DNA from: an uncultured delta proteobacterium
GTDB taxonomy: Bacteria; Myxococcota_A; UBA9160; SMWR01
Assembly (NCBI GenBank): GCA_963832165.1
Contig: CAWHTE010000001.1
Span: forward strand, 352,001-416,000
Reading direction: 5' to 3'
Length of the DNA: 64,000 nucleotides
This document shows, piece by piece, positions 49,000-59,248 of the stretch. Below the pieces are notes generated by a model, which had not been told where the DNA came from, did no database searches, and saw only the letters and a program-made list of their open reading frames with translations. Each line of letters begins with the position of its first letter. Position 1 is the first letter of the stretch. Made by a program: the position numbers and the translations under genes.

Positions 49000-49270
49000 C
49001 AGCTTGAACGACCTATGCTCCGTCTCGAGTTGCGCGACCACCTCGGCGAGCGGCAGAATCCGAAGATGCACGTCGAGCCAGTCGAGGTGATGCTTGAACG
49101 TGTCGGGCGCGACGTAGAAGCTCGGTGCGATCCAGTGCCGGATCCCTTCGGAGCGCGGAAGCACGCGGTGGTCCATGAGCACAGCGGCGCGCGAGCCATC
49201 CAAGAGACGCGGCGCGCGGCGCTTCACCCCGAGAGGATCGAGCACCTACGCGCGCGTCAAGCTAACGCGG
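49000..49270 (-). pseudogene. 5' fragment of a polysaccharide deacetylase paralogous to 57034-58020
   Basis: LDGSRAAVLMDHRVLP...FYVAPDTFKHHLDWL versus LDGSRVALLMYHRVLP...FVTPETFERHLDWL. In-frame TAG at 49246-49248; truncated before TFDDG. Confidence 0.7.
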
Positions 49271-49289
49271 AGTCTCGCGAATTCCCGCT

Positions 49290-50432
49290 GTGCTAGAACC
49301 CGAGCGCGCCGTGGATCCGCAACGCCCCACCGTGATGCACGTTCTCGCGCCGGCTGGGTTTGGCGGCGCAGAGGCGGTGGTGCGCGGGCTCGTGCAAGGC
49401 CTCGTTCAGCGCGGCCACGCGATCAGCGTTGTGACACTTATCGAAGGAGAGTCACCGCGGGTCTTCGAGAGCGCGCTCGCGGCCGCGGGCGCGCGGGTCT
49501 TGCCGGTTGTAGTGCCACCGCGCGCCTATCGGCAGGAGGCCGCTGCTCTGCGCGATCTGTTTCGCCGTTGGAAACCCGAGGTGGTCCACACGCATGGATT
49601 TCGCGCCGACGTGCAGGCCGGCAGAGTCGTTCGCGGGCTCGGCATTCCCAGTGTCTCGACTGTTCACGGATTCACGGGCGGCGGCGCGAGGGTGCGGCTC
49701 TACGAGTGGCTGCAGGTGAAGGCGTTGCGGCGCTTCGAAGCGGTGATCGCGGTGTCGCGGCCGCTCGGCGCGCTGCTCGCGAAGCGGGGCGTACCGCGCG
49801 ATCGGCTCCACCTGATCCGCAACGCGTGGTGTGGTGGCATCCCGAACCTCGGGCGTACCCAGGCTCGCTCCGAGCTCGACTTGCCCGCGGATTCCTTCGT
49901 ACTCGGCTGGGTCGGCAGACTCAGCCACGAGAAGGGCGGCGATCTGATGATCGAGGCGATCGGGCGCTTGCGCAGTTCGGAATTCGTTGCGTGCGTGATT
50001 GGCGACGGGCCCGATCGCCGCGCGCTCGAGCGCCGCGTCGCGGAGCTGGGTCTGGCCTCGCGCGTACGCTGGTGCGGGGTACGCAGCGATGCTGCGCGCC
50101 TGTTTCGCGCATTCGACGCGTTCGTGCTCAGCTCGCGCACCGAAGGCACGCCGATCGTGCTGTTCGAAGCGATGCAGGCCCAGGTTCCGATCGTGGCAAC
50201 CTCAGTGGGCGGCGTCCCGGATGTCGTGGGCCCAAATCAAGCGTTGCTTGTGGCGCCGGGAGATCCGGTCGCATTGGCCGAAGCCATCTGCGTCCTGCGC
50301 GCTGATCCGGCCGGCGCGGCTCGGCTTGCGGTAGCCGCTCGCGAGCGCCTCGAGACCGAGTTCGCCCCGAATCCGTGGCTCGACGCGTACGAACGGATCT
50401 ATCGAGAAGTGGCTCGAATCAGCGGACGGTGA
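49290..50432 (+). CDS. GT4 glycosyltransferase
   Basis: GGAE, VHTHG, VGRLSHEKG, SSRTEGTPIVLFEAM. Start may be GTG 49311. Confidence 0.9.
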   Translation: MLEPERAVDPQRPTVMHVLAPAGFGGAEAVVRGLVQGLVQRGHAISVVTLIEGESPRVFESALAAAGARVLPVVVPPRAYRQEAAALRDLFRRWKPEVVHTHGFRADVQAGRVVRGLGIPSVSTVHGFTGGGARVRLYEWLQVKALRRFEAVIAVSRPLGALLAKRGVPRDRLHLIRNAWCGGIPNLGRTQARSELDLPADSFVLGWVGRLSHEKGGDLMIEAIGRLRSSEFVACVIGDGPDRRALERRVAELGLASRVRWCGVRSDAARLFRAFDAFVLSSRTEGTPIVLFEAMQAQVPIVATSVGGVPDVVGPNQALLVAPGDPVALAEAICVLRADPAGAARLAVAARERLETEFAPNPWLDAYERIYREVARISGR

Positions 50433-50447
50433 TGCGTGGGGTTCAGC

Positions 50448-51569
50448 CTAGCTTCCGAATTCCTTGCGCAGGATGTCGCGAATCTGCCGACTCGTGGTCC
50501 CATCGCCATAGGGGTTCACGGCCTGCGCCATTCGCGTGTAGGCCACCGGGTCGGTCAACAAGCGTGACATCTCGCCCACGATCACATCCCGTGTCGTCCC
50601 GACCAGCTTGGCGGTACCCGCTTCAATCCCCTCCACGCGCTCCGTGACCTTGCGCATCACCAGCACCGGTTTGCCCAATGCGGGGGCCTCTTCCTGGATT
50701 CCACCGGAGTCGGTGAGTACCGAATGGGCCTTGTTCATGAGCCAGATCAGATGTGGATAGTCCATCGGCGACACCAGGTGGACGTTCTTCCGTTCCCCGA
50801 GCATGCGGTGCATCGGCCCCTTGATGTTCGGATTCAAGTGGACCGGATAGACGAACTGAACATCCGCGAAGCGATCGGACAGATCCCGGATCGCACTGCC
50901 GATCTCCTCGACGGGTTTGCCAAAGCTTTCGCGCCGGTGAGCCGTGACGAGGATGATCCGCTTCGAGAAGTCCAGAAAGCCGAATTCCTTCTGATATTGC
51001 TCCTCCCGCTCGCGATCGATCAATTCGAGGCCGATGTACAGAGCATCGATTACGGTGTTGCCGACGACCCAGACGTTCTCGGTCAGTCCCTCCGCGGTGA
51101 GGTTCGCCCGCGCGCGCTCGGTCGGCGCGAAGTGATAGTCGGCGATGTGGCTGATGAGGATGCGATTAACTTCTTCAGGATACGGCGCCTGTTTATCGCC
51201 GCTGCGAAGCCCCGCCTCGACGTGGGAAACACTGCTCCTCGCGTAGAAGCTCGCGAGCGCACCGACGAAACTAGAAGTGGCATCTCCCTGCACGACGACG
51301 TTATCGGGCTGAAATTCGTGCAACACTTCCCGCAATCCGCGCAGCCCATCCGCGGTAATGTCGAACAGTGTCTGGTTGGGTCGCATCACGTTCAAATCGA
51401 AGTCCGGGACGATTTCGAAGAACGCTAGGACCTGGTCGAGCATTTCCCGGTGCTGGCCGGTGACGCAAACCCGGACGTCGAAGTGCTCCGGATCTTCTCG
51501 GAGGATCCGAACGATCGGGGCGAGTTTGATCGCCTCCGGCCGAGTGCCGATTACCATCAGGATCTTCAT
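50448..51569 (-). CDS. wecB: UDP-N-acetylglucosamine 2-epimerase (non-hydrolysing)
   Basis: GTRPEAIK, TGQHREML, HVEAGLRS, PEEVNR, HRRES, TDSGGIQEEAP, NPYGDG. Confidence 0.95.
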   Translation of the reverse strand: MKILMVIGTRPEAIKLAPIVRILREDPEHFDVRVCVTGQHREMLDQVLAFFEIVPDFDLNVMRPNQTLFDITADGLRGLREVLHEFQPDNVVVQGDATSSFVGALASFYARSSVSHVEAGLRSGDKQAPYPEEVNRILISHIADYHFAPTERARANLTAEGLTENVWVVGNTVIDALYIGLELIDREREEQYQKEFGFLDFSKRIILVTAHRRESFGKPVEEIGSAIRDLSDRFADVQFVYPVHLNPNIKGPMHRMLGERKNVHLVSPMDYPHLIWLMNKAHSVLTDSGGIQEEAPALGKPVLVMRKVTERVEGIEAGTAKLVGTTRDVIVGEMSRLLTDPVAYTRMAQAVNPYGDGTTSRQIRDILRKEFGS

Positions 51570-52711
51570 GCGCTGTGGCGAGGCCTGGCCGAGCACTCGG
51601 CGACGATGCGCCGGAGTGTTGCACTGCGACTGCGCCAGCTGTCGCTGCGCACGCTTTCCCGGCGGGCGGAGCGTGCAGCGGGGTTGTCGGTCTTCAATAC
51701 GTCCTCGAGCCAGCGCACGATCGAGGCGGTGTCGGCGGTGATCAGAACCCTCTCGCGCAGGGACTCCACCTCGGGGAGTGGCGTGCACTGGGTCGGTAGC
51801 CCGGCCGCGAGATATTCCCACACCTTGAGTGGATTCACGCCGAGCGTCAGGGGATTGATCTGGAACGGAATCCAGGCCGCGCGCCAATGCGAGACGACCG
51901 CAGGGAGTTGTCGGAAGGGCACCGCGGGAAATAATCGAACGTTCGGAAGCTGTTCGATCGCGATCGGCAGATGTTCGATCTTTCCCACGAAATGGAGCTC
52001 CCAGTCCGGTGCAGCCTTCGCAACCGCCGCGATCAGCTCGTAGTCCAACCATTCGGCCAGCGTTCCGAAGAACCCGAGCACCTTCTTGTCCGGAATGTCG
52101 AGGGGTGTCGTGGCGAAATGGTCGTAGTGGACGCCTTGTGGAAGGTAGTGCGCCTTTGGTGAATAAGGAGCGCTCGGAACGAGCGCTCGGGCAGTTGCGA
52201 CGATTGCATCGGCGCGTTCGAATAGTCTCTCTTCCGTGAGGTGGACGAGGTCGGGATCCACCCCCGGATAGATCGAGTAGTCGTCGAGGCGCAGATAGAT
52301 CAGCTTGCTGTGCGGGATCACATCGAGATAGAACAGAACCGCCGGATAAGACACGAGCAGATTCGGCAGGCATGTCGAGCGCCGGTCGATCGCGTTGACG
52401 AGTTCGCGCCGCAACCGCCACTGGTTCAAGCGGACCGCCGCGCGTTTCAGGTGCCACGGGAACACCTTCGGACGGATATGCTGGAACGAAGCGCCGCTTC
52501 CCTCGTACAGACTCGCTGTCGGGGTGGACCCCTTTAGGAATCCCCGGACCTTCTTCCAAAGGCGCTCGAGGTCGACGCGGCGCAGGCGCGGGCTGCGCAT
52601 GCCGATCGAGTCCACCCAGATCACGGAGTCCTCGCGCGGGAGGTTGAGCACGAGATGCTGGGTGGTAGAGGGGTGTGCCCCCCAATCGTCCCCGAAGACG
52701 ATCCACTCCAT
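51566..52711 (-). CDS. GT-B glycosyltransferase (TuaH-like)
   Basis: DDW....TTQH, YLRLDDY, QGVHYDHF, GFFGTL, NPLKVWEYLAAGLP. Confidence 0.82.
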   Translation of the reverse strand: MEWIVFGDDWGAHPSTTQHLVLNLPREDSVIWVDSIGMRSPRLRRVDLERLWKKVRGFLKGSTPTASLYEGSGASFQHIRPKVFPWHLKRAAVRLNQWRLRRELVNAIDRRSTCLPNLLVSYPAVLFYLDVIPHSKLIYLRLDDYSIYPGVDPDLVHLTEERLFERADAIVATARALVPSAPYSPKAHYLPQGVHYDHFATTPLDIPDKKVLGFFGTLAEWLDYELIAAVAKAAPDWELHFVGKIEHLPIAIEQLPNVRLFPAVPFRQLPAVVSHWRAAWIPFQINPLTLGVNPLKVWEYLAAGLPTQCTPLPEVESLRERVLITADTASIVRWLEDVLKTDNPAARSARRESVRSDSWRSRSATLRRIVAECSARPRHSA

Positions 52712-53346
52712 ATGGGGTGCCTCTCGTTATCAGGAGCAGATTCCGTTGCAGCTAGTCGGCCATCCGGCCAGTTCACAGTAGGTCGCCACACCGCCGGCCC
52801 GCCGAACGGGGCGCGCCATCCGGGCCTATTTAGACCCAGGAGGAGCGCCGATGCCTCATCGGGCAGGCTTGCCACGCTCTCTTGGAACCGGGCCTCTCGA
52901 GCCGAATCTGTGTGCGTAAAGAGACCACGCGGCGCTGCCTTTCTGATCGGGATGGCCTTCTGAAGAGCGGCGCCCTGTTGTGCTCGTAAATTGCACTGCT
53001 GCGAATAGATCTTGCCTAGGCGACCGAAAACTACACCCGTCAACTTACCCGTTACTGCACTAGACGATGATCGATCCCTGGACCATCGATGGCACCGTCA
53101 TCGACCGATTCCTGTTGCCGGTAGCGCTAGCAGTAGCACGTGGCCAAGGCCGACGTCCGGTCGCCGAAAAGCTGTTCACGGCATATCGGCTCGACTAATT
53201 CGCGATCGAGGTACCTAGTCGCGGCTCAATGCGAAGTCAATCGTCGTTCGGAAGGACGACAGAGGGCGGCGGCGGCTCGAGCTCCTTGAATCACGCCATC
53301 CGCCTAGCTAGCTAGATCCCTGGCTCGACGCCTACGAGCGGTCTCG

Positions 53347-54297
53347 CTACGGGAGCAGAACCGGCGGCGCCGGGGGCGTGGGTGTCGAAGTACCACCCGT
53401 GGGAGGCGCCGCGCCTCCTTCGATCTCGTAGGCGGGTCCGATCGTTTGGGCGGAATCGGTATTCCAGACGCCTTGCATGAAGTGACTGAACGAGCGGGAG
53501 CCTGTGCACGAACCTGCGAAAGGCTCACGGTAGAGCATCATGGCCCGGATCTCCTGGTTGATGGCGCCGGGAGCGTTCCCCACGTTCAGGGGGCCGGACG
53601 AATAGCTCTTCGGGTTCGCAACGCCCACCTGCGTGATGCTGAAGCTAGACGTCAGACCTGTTCCGGCCTGCACATTGCCTGCGACACACTGCTCGATGCG
53701 GCACCAGTTGTTCATACAATCCGCTCGCGTAACGCCGCCGGAAGCCGGGTAGATGTTCTGTCCGTCCACGGGGTTCGAGAAGCACGGGTAGTTCGTCAGC
53801 GTTACCCGGTTCAGATCCGCGATTTGCATCTCGCAGGTGGAGGCGCCATACGTGATGTCCATGTACTTGTCGTTGCAGGACGTCCATCCATTAAAATCAC
53901 TGCTCAACTTGTAGTAGAAGCGGTTGCACATCCGTCGCGTGGCGCTGGTGATCGAGCCGTAGGCGTCGGCCCCGTGTCCCACAGTATTGTTAGGCCACGC
54001 GAATCGCCATACCTTTGAGACCGTGTTACCAGCCGGCATTCCCGTCTCGTCTTGGAATGCGAGATAGGACGTCGCGGCGTTGGTGCCCGAAAGGATGAAC
54101 GCACCGTTATTGCCGCACTGCTTGGTCGTTGAGTTGCCCGGGTTGATAAACGCTCCATTGTTCGACGTCGTGTAGCTCGTCGTATCGAGCGTCTCGGAAC
54201 ACGCACAGTTCGCGCCGAGTTCGGTGCAACGCTGCTCGACCTGCGCGGCGGCTGGGAATGCGATGACCACGAGCAACAGAGGTAGGAAACGCACCAT
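53347..54297 (-). CDS. Secreted Cys-rich protein, probable beta-jelly-roll (polysaccharide-lyase/lectin-like)
   Basis: Signal ...PAAA-Q, GGAGA RBS, RFYYKLSSDF...NDK, NNWCRIEQ, many Cys. Ends GGTSTPTPPAPPVLLP. Confidence 0.7.
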   Translation of the reverse strand: MVRFLPLLLVVIAFPAAAQVEQRCTELGANCACSETLDTTSYTTSNNGAFINPGNSTTKQCGNNGAFILSGTNAATSYLAFQDETGMPAGNTVSKVWRFAWPNNTVGHGADAYGSITSATRRMCNRFYYKLSSDFNGWTSCNDKYMDITYGASTCEMQIADLNRVTLTNYPCFSNPVDGQNIYPASGGVTRADCMNNWCRIEQCVAGNVQAGTGLTSSFSITQVGVANPKSYSSGPLNVGNAPGAINQEIRAMMLYREPFAGSCTGSRSFSHFMQGVWNTDSAQTIGPAYEIEGGAAPPTGGTSTPTPPAPPVLLP

Positions 54298-54447
54298 TGT
54301 CTTTCTCCGAGTAACGGTGGCATCGCTCCCCGAGAGGGGGGCACATGAAGAGATGGAAGGTTACAGATGACCCCCGCAATGTGTTCCCAACGAGACACCA
54401 TCGGATTGCGGCGCGGTGGAAGGATCGGCAGGTGATGCGCAGGCGTC

Positions 54448-54463
54448 TGTGAGCCCAGTCACC
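54448..54463. promoter_or_regulatory. CRP/FNR-family-like box TGTGA-N6-TCACC
   Basis: TGTGAGCCCAGTCACC, 151 nt upstream of ATG 54297. Same half-sites and orientation as the box at 42483. Confidence 0.5.
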
Positions 54464-54738
54464 GCTTTAGTGCGACGCCGACTTTGACCATGATGTGGAC
54501 GGGGCTGCCAGTGTTCACGATTCTGATCAGGATGGAACCGCGGAGACTCAAGTCAAATAAGCATTGGATAGGGCGAACGCCCCGTGCAGAGTCGTCCTCG
54601 CAGTATAAGTTGCAGCATTCTGATACGACAGGAAGACGCTGTACAGACGATTTTCAGGGGATTGCTCGATCAACTACTTCTTCCTCACTGAATCGCACGT
54701 TGCCGATTTGCACGAGCTCATCGAGCTCGCGCCCTAGG

Positions 54739-55939
54739 TTATCGAGACAGTCGCTCGCGCAGCTCGTGCACGAACGGTCGCCAATCGTCGCGGCGTAGCA
54801 CCTCGAGGCGCGAGCCATCAAAGAAACTGCGCGCGAAGTTGCGCAAGAGGGTCGGGACGCTCGTGCCGAGTTGCCGGCGCAGCTCGCGGCGGCGCAGGCA
54901 GATCAGCAGGTGATCGATGTCGCCGAGCAACCAGCGCGTGCGGGTTCCCAGCCGCGCGTCTGCGGTCGGAGGCGAGGCGCCGCGGAGCAGCGCGACCAAC
55001 ATCGATGGGAAGTCGACTCCCGCGTCGATCGCGAGCTGAAGCGACCCCCACAGCCGCGGATTGACCTCCATCAGGTAGGCGGGTCCCATCGGCGAGCGCC
55101 GGAACTCGACCATCGCAACGCCGGTGAATGCGAGGTCGGCGAGCAGGCGTTCGCTGCCCGCGAGCAGCTCGGGGTCGGGCACAATCGCTTCGCTGAGCAC
55201 GGAGACGCCGCCCCACGGCGGCTTCTCGCGGATCCGACGGTGTGCGAAGCGTGCGAGCGGGCGGCCGCGGTCCAAGAGCAGGAAGACGCCTTCGCCCTTC
55301 CCCGGCACGAACTCCTGCAGCAGAACGCCACCTGCGAATCCGGGTGCCGATCGCGCCGCAGAGAGCTCGTCAGCACTGTGCACGATTTGCGCCTCGCCGG
55401 CGACCCAGCGCGCGTCCTTGAAGAATCGCGAGCGGCGCGCCTTGAGCACGACCGGAAACTGGAACGGCTCCGGGAGCGCGGTCAGGAGAGCTGGATCCTC
55501 GAAGAGGAGCGTTCGCGGCACGGTGAGCCCGAGCAGCGCCGCTCTCTCGAGCAGCGCGTGCTTATCGACGGCTGCCTCGTAGGTCACGCGCTCGGGACAC
55601 GCGACGCGACAGCGGCGCTCGACACCGAACGCGTAGATCGAGCCGAGACTCACCTCAGTCACGGGCAGGATCAGGTCGGCGCCGATCGTCTCCGCGACGC
55701 GCGCGAGCCGGTCCGCATAACTGCGCGGATCGCTGCTCGCGTCTCCGACTGCCTGGGTGCTCGACGCATAGCGCGAGGCGCCGGCGAGGCTGCGCGGGCC
55801 CGGCGCGGCAACGTGCACCTCGTGTCCGCGCGCAGCGAGTGCGCGCACGCATGCGAGCGCGGCGCGGGTTTCCCCATCGGTGACGAGTACACGCGCCGGC
55901 GCACCCCAGCTCCTCGTCGGTCTTGGCCGCGGTGCTCAC
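54739..55939 (-). CDS. ATP-grasp ligase; +1 frameshift in a G-run near 55905
   Basis: RVLVTDGETRAALACVRAL, DKHAL, FPVVLKAR, LLQEFVPG, GVAMVEF, MEVNPRLWGS. GTG 55939 overlaps the upstream stop. Confidence 0.85.
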
Positions 55940-57037
55940 CGCAGGTAGAGCTCCCGGTAGCGTTCCGCCATCTTCTCGATCGAGAAGTCGGCGACCGCGC
56001 GTTGGCGGCCCGCCATGCCGAGCGCCGCGCCGCGATCTCCGGCGTCGAGCACGCGTCCGAGCGCGCGCCGCCAGCGCATCGGGGTCGGCGGGCGGTACCA
56101 GGAATCCCTGTCGCGCCTTCCATCACCGCTTCGGGGATGCCCCCGACCCGGCTCGCGACGACCGGCAGGCCATGCGCCATCGCCTCGAGCACCGCGAGCG
56201 GCAGGCCCTCCGAGAGCGACGGCTGCACGAAGACGTCGCCGGCCGCGAACACCGTCTCGACGTCGTCGCGCAATCCGAGCAGGTGGAGACGATCGGAGCA
56301 ACCGAGCTCGGCGGCGAGGCGGAGCAGCGGCTGCTCCTGGTCGCCGCGCCCCGCGATCGCGACGCGCGCCGCCGGCAGCTTTCGCGAGCGCGCGCACCAG
56401 CGTCGCGTGGTCCTTCACCGGATAGAGGTTTCCTACTGCGACGACGAGAGCCAGTTCGGGAGGAATCCCGAGCGCGGCGCGCGCATCGGCGCGCACCCGA
56501 GCGCGTTCGCCGGCCGGCGATTTCGGCGGCCAGCGGAATTCCGTTGTGGATCACCTCGAGCTGCGCGCGTGTCACCGAGAGTCCTTCGACGAGAAATCCG
56601 GCGAGGTTTTCGGATACCGCGACGATCGGGATCCCGAGGCGGCGCAGCATCCGGTACGCGAGCGCGCGCCGCGGTCGTTCCGTTACCCAGTGCTTGCCGT
56701 GGATCGTCGAGAGCGTGCGGACCCGCGCCAGCAGCGCGGCGGCGCCGCCGAACGTATTCATCGCGAATTCGTGCGTGTGCAGCACATCGACGCGCGCGCG
56801 GCGCAGCTTGCGTGCGAAGCGCAGCACCCACGCGAGATCGACACCGGCGCGTTGAGGGACGATCCAGACGGGGATGCCAGCTGCCTCGGCGCGCTGCGTC
56901 ATCCAGCCCGCCTGGAGCGTCGCCACGATCGGCGCGTCGCCGCGCTCGCGGAGTGCGTGCGCGAGGCGCAACACCACGTTCTCGGCACCGCCGGGACCGC
57001 TCGACTCGAGTGCGAGCACGACGCGCAGCGAGCTCAC
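55936..57037 (-). CDS. GT4 glycosyltransferase with four apparent 1-nt insertions
   Basis: GGAE, LHTHE, IHNGI / VGNLYPVKDH / PSLSEGLPLAVLEAM / LVPPADP / FSIEKMAERY lie in successive frames (shifts near 56522, 56381, 56107, 56068). Confidence 0.8.
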
Positions 57038-58020
57038 GAGCTCCTCAGGAGTGTGCGCAGGAACTCGACTCGCGTCCTCGAAACGTCGTCGTGTACGCCG
57101 AGGCGCGGGAACGCCATCGGATCGCTTGCTGCACTCGCGAGGCCCCGCTCGGTCGTGACCGCCGCGGTATAGCCGGCATCGCGGGAGAGACGGCGCACGC
57201 GTTCGTCGTGGGCGCCCGACGGATAGGCGAGCAGCCCATGGCGGCCATGCCCGCGCTCGCGCAATCGCTCGCGCGCGGAGCACAGATCGCGCGCGGCCTC
57301 GTCGCGGGAGATTCCGGTGAGGATCGCGTGCGTGGCGCCGTGCGCTTCGATGTCGATCCCGGCGCGTGCGAGCCGGTCGACCTCGTCCCAATCGAGCAGC
57401 TCGCGCGCACCCACGGAGGGATCGCGCGTTCCGGATCGAATGCGGTCGAGCAGGCGCGCGCGCGCCTCCTCGTCTGACTTCTTGAGATGTGCGAGCAGCG
57501 ACTCGACCGGTTCCCCATGCAACGCCACGCCGAGTGCCGCGACCAGCGCTCGTTGCGCGGCACCCGGAAGTGCTGCCAGGCGCCGGCAAACCTCGTCGGG
57601 CCAGAACGAACCATCGGTGCCGATGCGGTCGGTCACCACGAAGATCGTCGCAGGCATTCCGCGGCGCTCGAGCGCGGGGAGTGCAAAGTCGTGGTTGTCG
57701 CGCCAGCCGTCGTCGAAGGTGATCGCGCACGCTCCGACCGGAAGCGCGCGCTTCTGGCCGAGTCGCGAAATGATCTCGTGGAGAGGAAGCACGGAGAACG
57801 AGCCCGCGAGCCAATCGAGATGCCGCTCGAAGGTCTCCGGAGTGACGAACATTCCGGGCTCCACCGAGCTGCGCGCGGCCTCGGCCGCGGGAAGCACGCG
57901 GTGGTACATGAGCAGCGCGACGCGCGATCCGTCGAGACGGGCGCGCGCGCGTCGCCCGGCACCGCTCACAGCGAACGCGCAGGCTCGAGCAAATCGGACC
58001 GCGCGCCGAACGCTCACCAC
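57034..58020 (-). CDS. Polysaccharide deacetylase (NodB domain)
   Basis: MYHRV, ITFDDGW, ATIFV, AHGATH, AYPSG. Confidence 0.9.
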   Translation of the reverse strand: MVSVRRAVRFARACAFAVSGAGRRARARLDGSRVALLMYHRVLPAAEAARSSVEPGMFVTPETFERHLDWLAGSFSVLPLHEIISRLGQKRALPVGACAITFDDGWRDNHDFALPALERRGMPATIFVVTDRIGTDGSFWPDEVCRRLAALPGAAQRALVAALGVALHGEPVESLLAHLKKSDEEARARLLDRIRSGTRDPSVGARELLDWDEVDRLARAGIDIEAHGATHAILTGISRDEAARDLCSARERLRERGHGRHGLLAYPSGAHDERVRRLSRDAGYTAAVTTERGLASAASDPMAFPRLGVHDDVSRTRVEFLRTLLRSS

Positions 58021-58021
58021 G

Positions 58022-59248
58022 TCAGTTTCCTCGCTCGGGGATCGGATGCGCGGCGAATCGAAGTCGAGCCGCTATTCCGAGCACCGCTCCGAAGCCAGCA
58101 CCCGCCATCTGCGACACTGGAGTCGGTCGCAGAGGCGCGACGAAAGGCGCGAGAAGCAGGGCAGCTACCGCGATCGCGCCCGCTGTCCAGCTCACCCCGT
58201 CCCTCCGCCCCCAGAAGCCGATCGGAAAGAACAGCGAGGCGAGCCACACGACGTCGAGCGCCGGTCGCCAGACGCTCATGATCCGATAGTCCGGCGCCAA
58301 GAGCCGCCACCCATCTCCCACGCTGAATCCATACCCGCATTTCGGGCCGCGGTCGACCGTGATGCACAGATCGGCCGCGGAGCGCTCGACCCGCAGATCG
58401 AGCGTTTGTCCTAGAGCGATCTCTGCGAGCTCGCCAGGCAAGCGCACCGTTGCAGGCTCGAGGCCCACAGCCCGCCCCCGAGTCCGGAAGCGGAAGACGA
58501 GATCCTCGCGGTCGGGTCCCAGCAGCAGGATTTCGTTCTGCGCGAGGTCGGTGATCAGAAGCAAACCGGCTACCCCTTCGGGAGGAGATCCGCTCTGCGC
58601 TTGGACGCGCAGCGTGTAGTCGCCCGCGAGCCGCGCTCGGATCCGATCGGACATCGAGAGCCAGCCCTGCGAAATTTCGACCTCGTTGATCCATGCGTCG
58701 AGCACGGTGCCCCTGTACGGGGCCAGGTGTGCGAGCGACGGCGTGCGATGTCCGAAATAGACCGCCGTTGTTGGGGCGGGCGCTAGCAGTAAGCCCGTCC
58801 CCACGAGCACGCCGGCCGTAACGGTGCCCGCCACCAGCGCGAGCCGCCGGCTCTGCAGCGGCGATGGATGGATCCACGCTGATGCCGAACGGAACAGTGC
58901 GATCGCGAGTGCTGCGCCGCTGATGTTGGCGATGAGATCGACCTCGCTCGCGTTGCGCCCCGCGATCGGGATCGTGCCCTGGGCTACCTCGATGCCCGCA
59001 GACAGCAGTGCTACGAGCCCGAGCGCGCGGAGTGCGGGTAGCCGGGCCCAGACCAGGCTCGCCCCGAGCGGCATGAACAGGATCAGGTTGCGCACGAAGT
59101 CGGCGAGCTGGAACGGCTCGCCTCCGATCCGCGGAGCCTGTGCGGCGTCCACGAGGTCGCGATGGGGAGTTAGCGTGGCGATCACGATCGCCGCCATGGC
59201 CAGCCCGGCGGCGGCCTGGGGCACCACGCGGCGTGAGTTCATCGCCAT
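58022..59248 (-). CDS. VanZ-family membrane protein with a periplasmic domain
   Basis: IATLTP, DFVRNLILFMPLG, IEVAQ, RNASEVDLIANISG. Start may be ATG 59242. Confidence 0.8.
   Translation of the reverse strand: MAMNSRRVVPQAAAGLAMAAIVIATLTPHRDLVDAAQAPRIGGEPFQLADFVRNLILFMPLGASLVWARLPALRALGLVALLSAGIEVAQGTIPIAGRNASEVDLIANISGAALAIALFRSASAWIHPSPLQSRRLALVAGTVTAGVLVGTGLLLAPAPTTAVYFGHRTPSLAHLAPYRGTVLDAWINEVEISQGWLSMSDRIRARLAGDYTLRVQAQSGSPPEGVAGLLLITDLAQNEILLLGPDREDLVFRFRTRGRAVGLEPATVRLPGELAEIALGQTLDLRVERSAADLCITVDRGPKCGYGFSVGDGWRLLAPDYRIMSVWRPALDVVWLASLFFPIGFWGRRDGVSWTAGAIAVAALLLAPFVAPLRPTPVSQMAGAGFGAVLGIAARLRFAAHPIPERGN

Noticed and set aside
54484..54798. 104-aa ORF and the small ORFs in 52621-53218
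   Set aside because: No motifs, atypical codon usage and no clear RBS; treated as non-coding.
55900..56530. Programmed frameshifting or phase variation
   Set aside because: The homopolymer runs are only 3-4 nt, there are no slippery heptamers, and four shifts in one gene fit sequencing error better.
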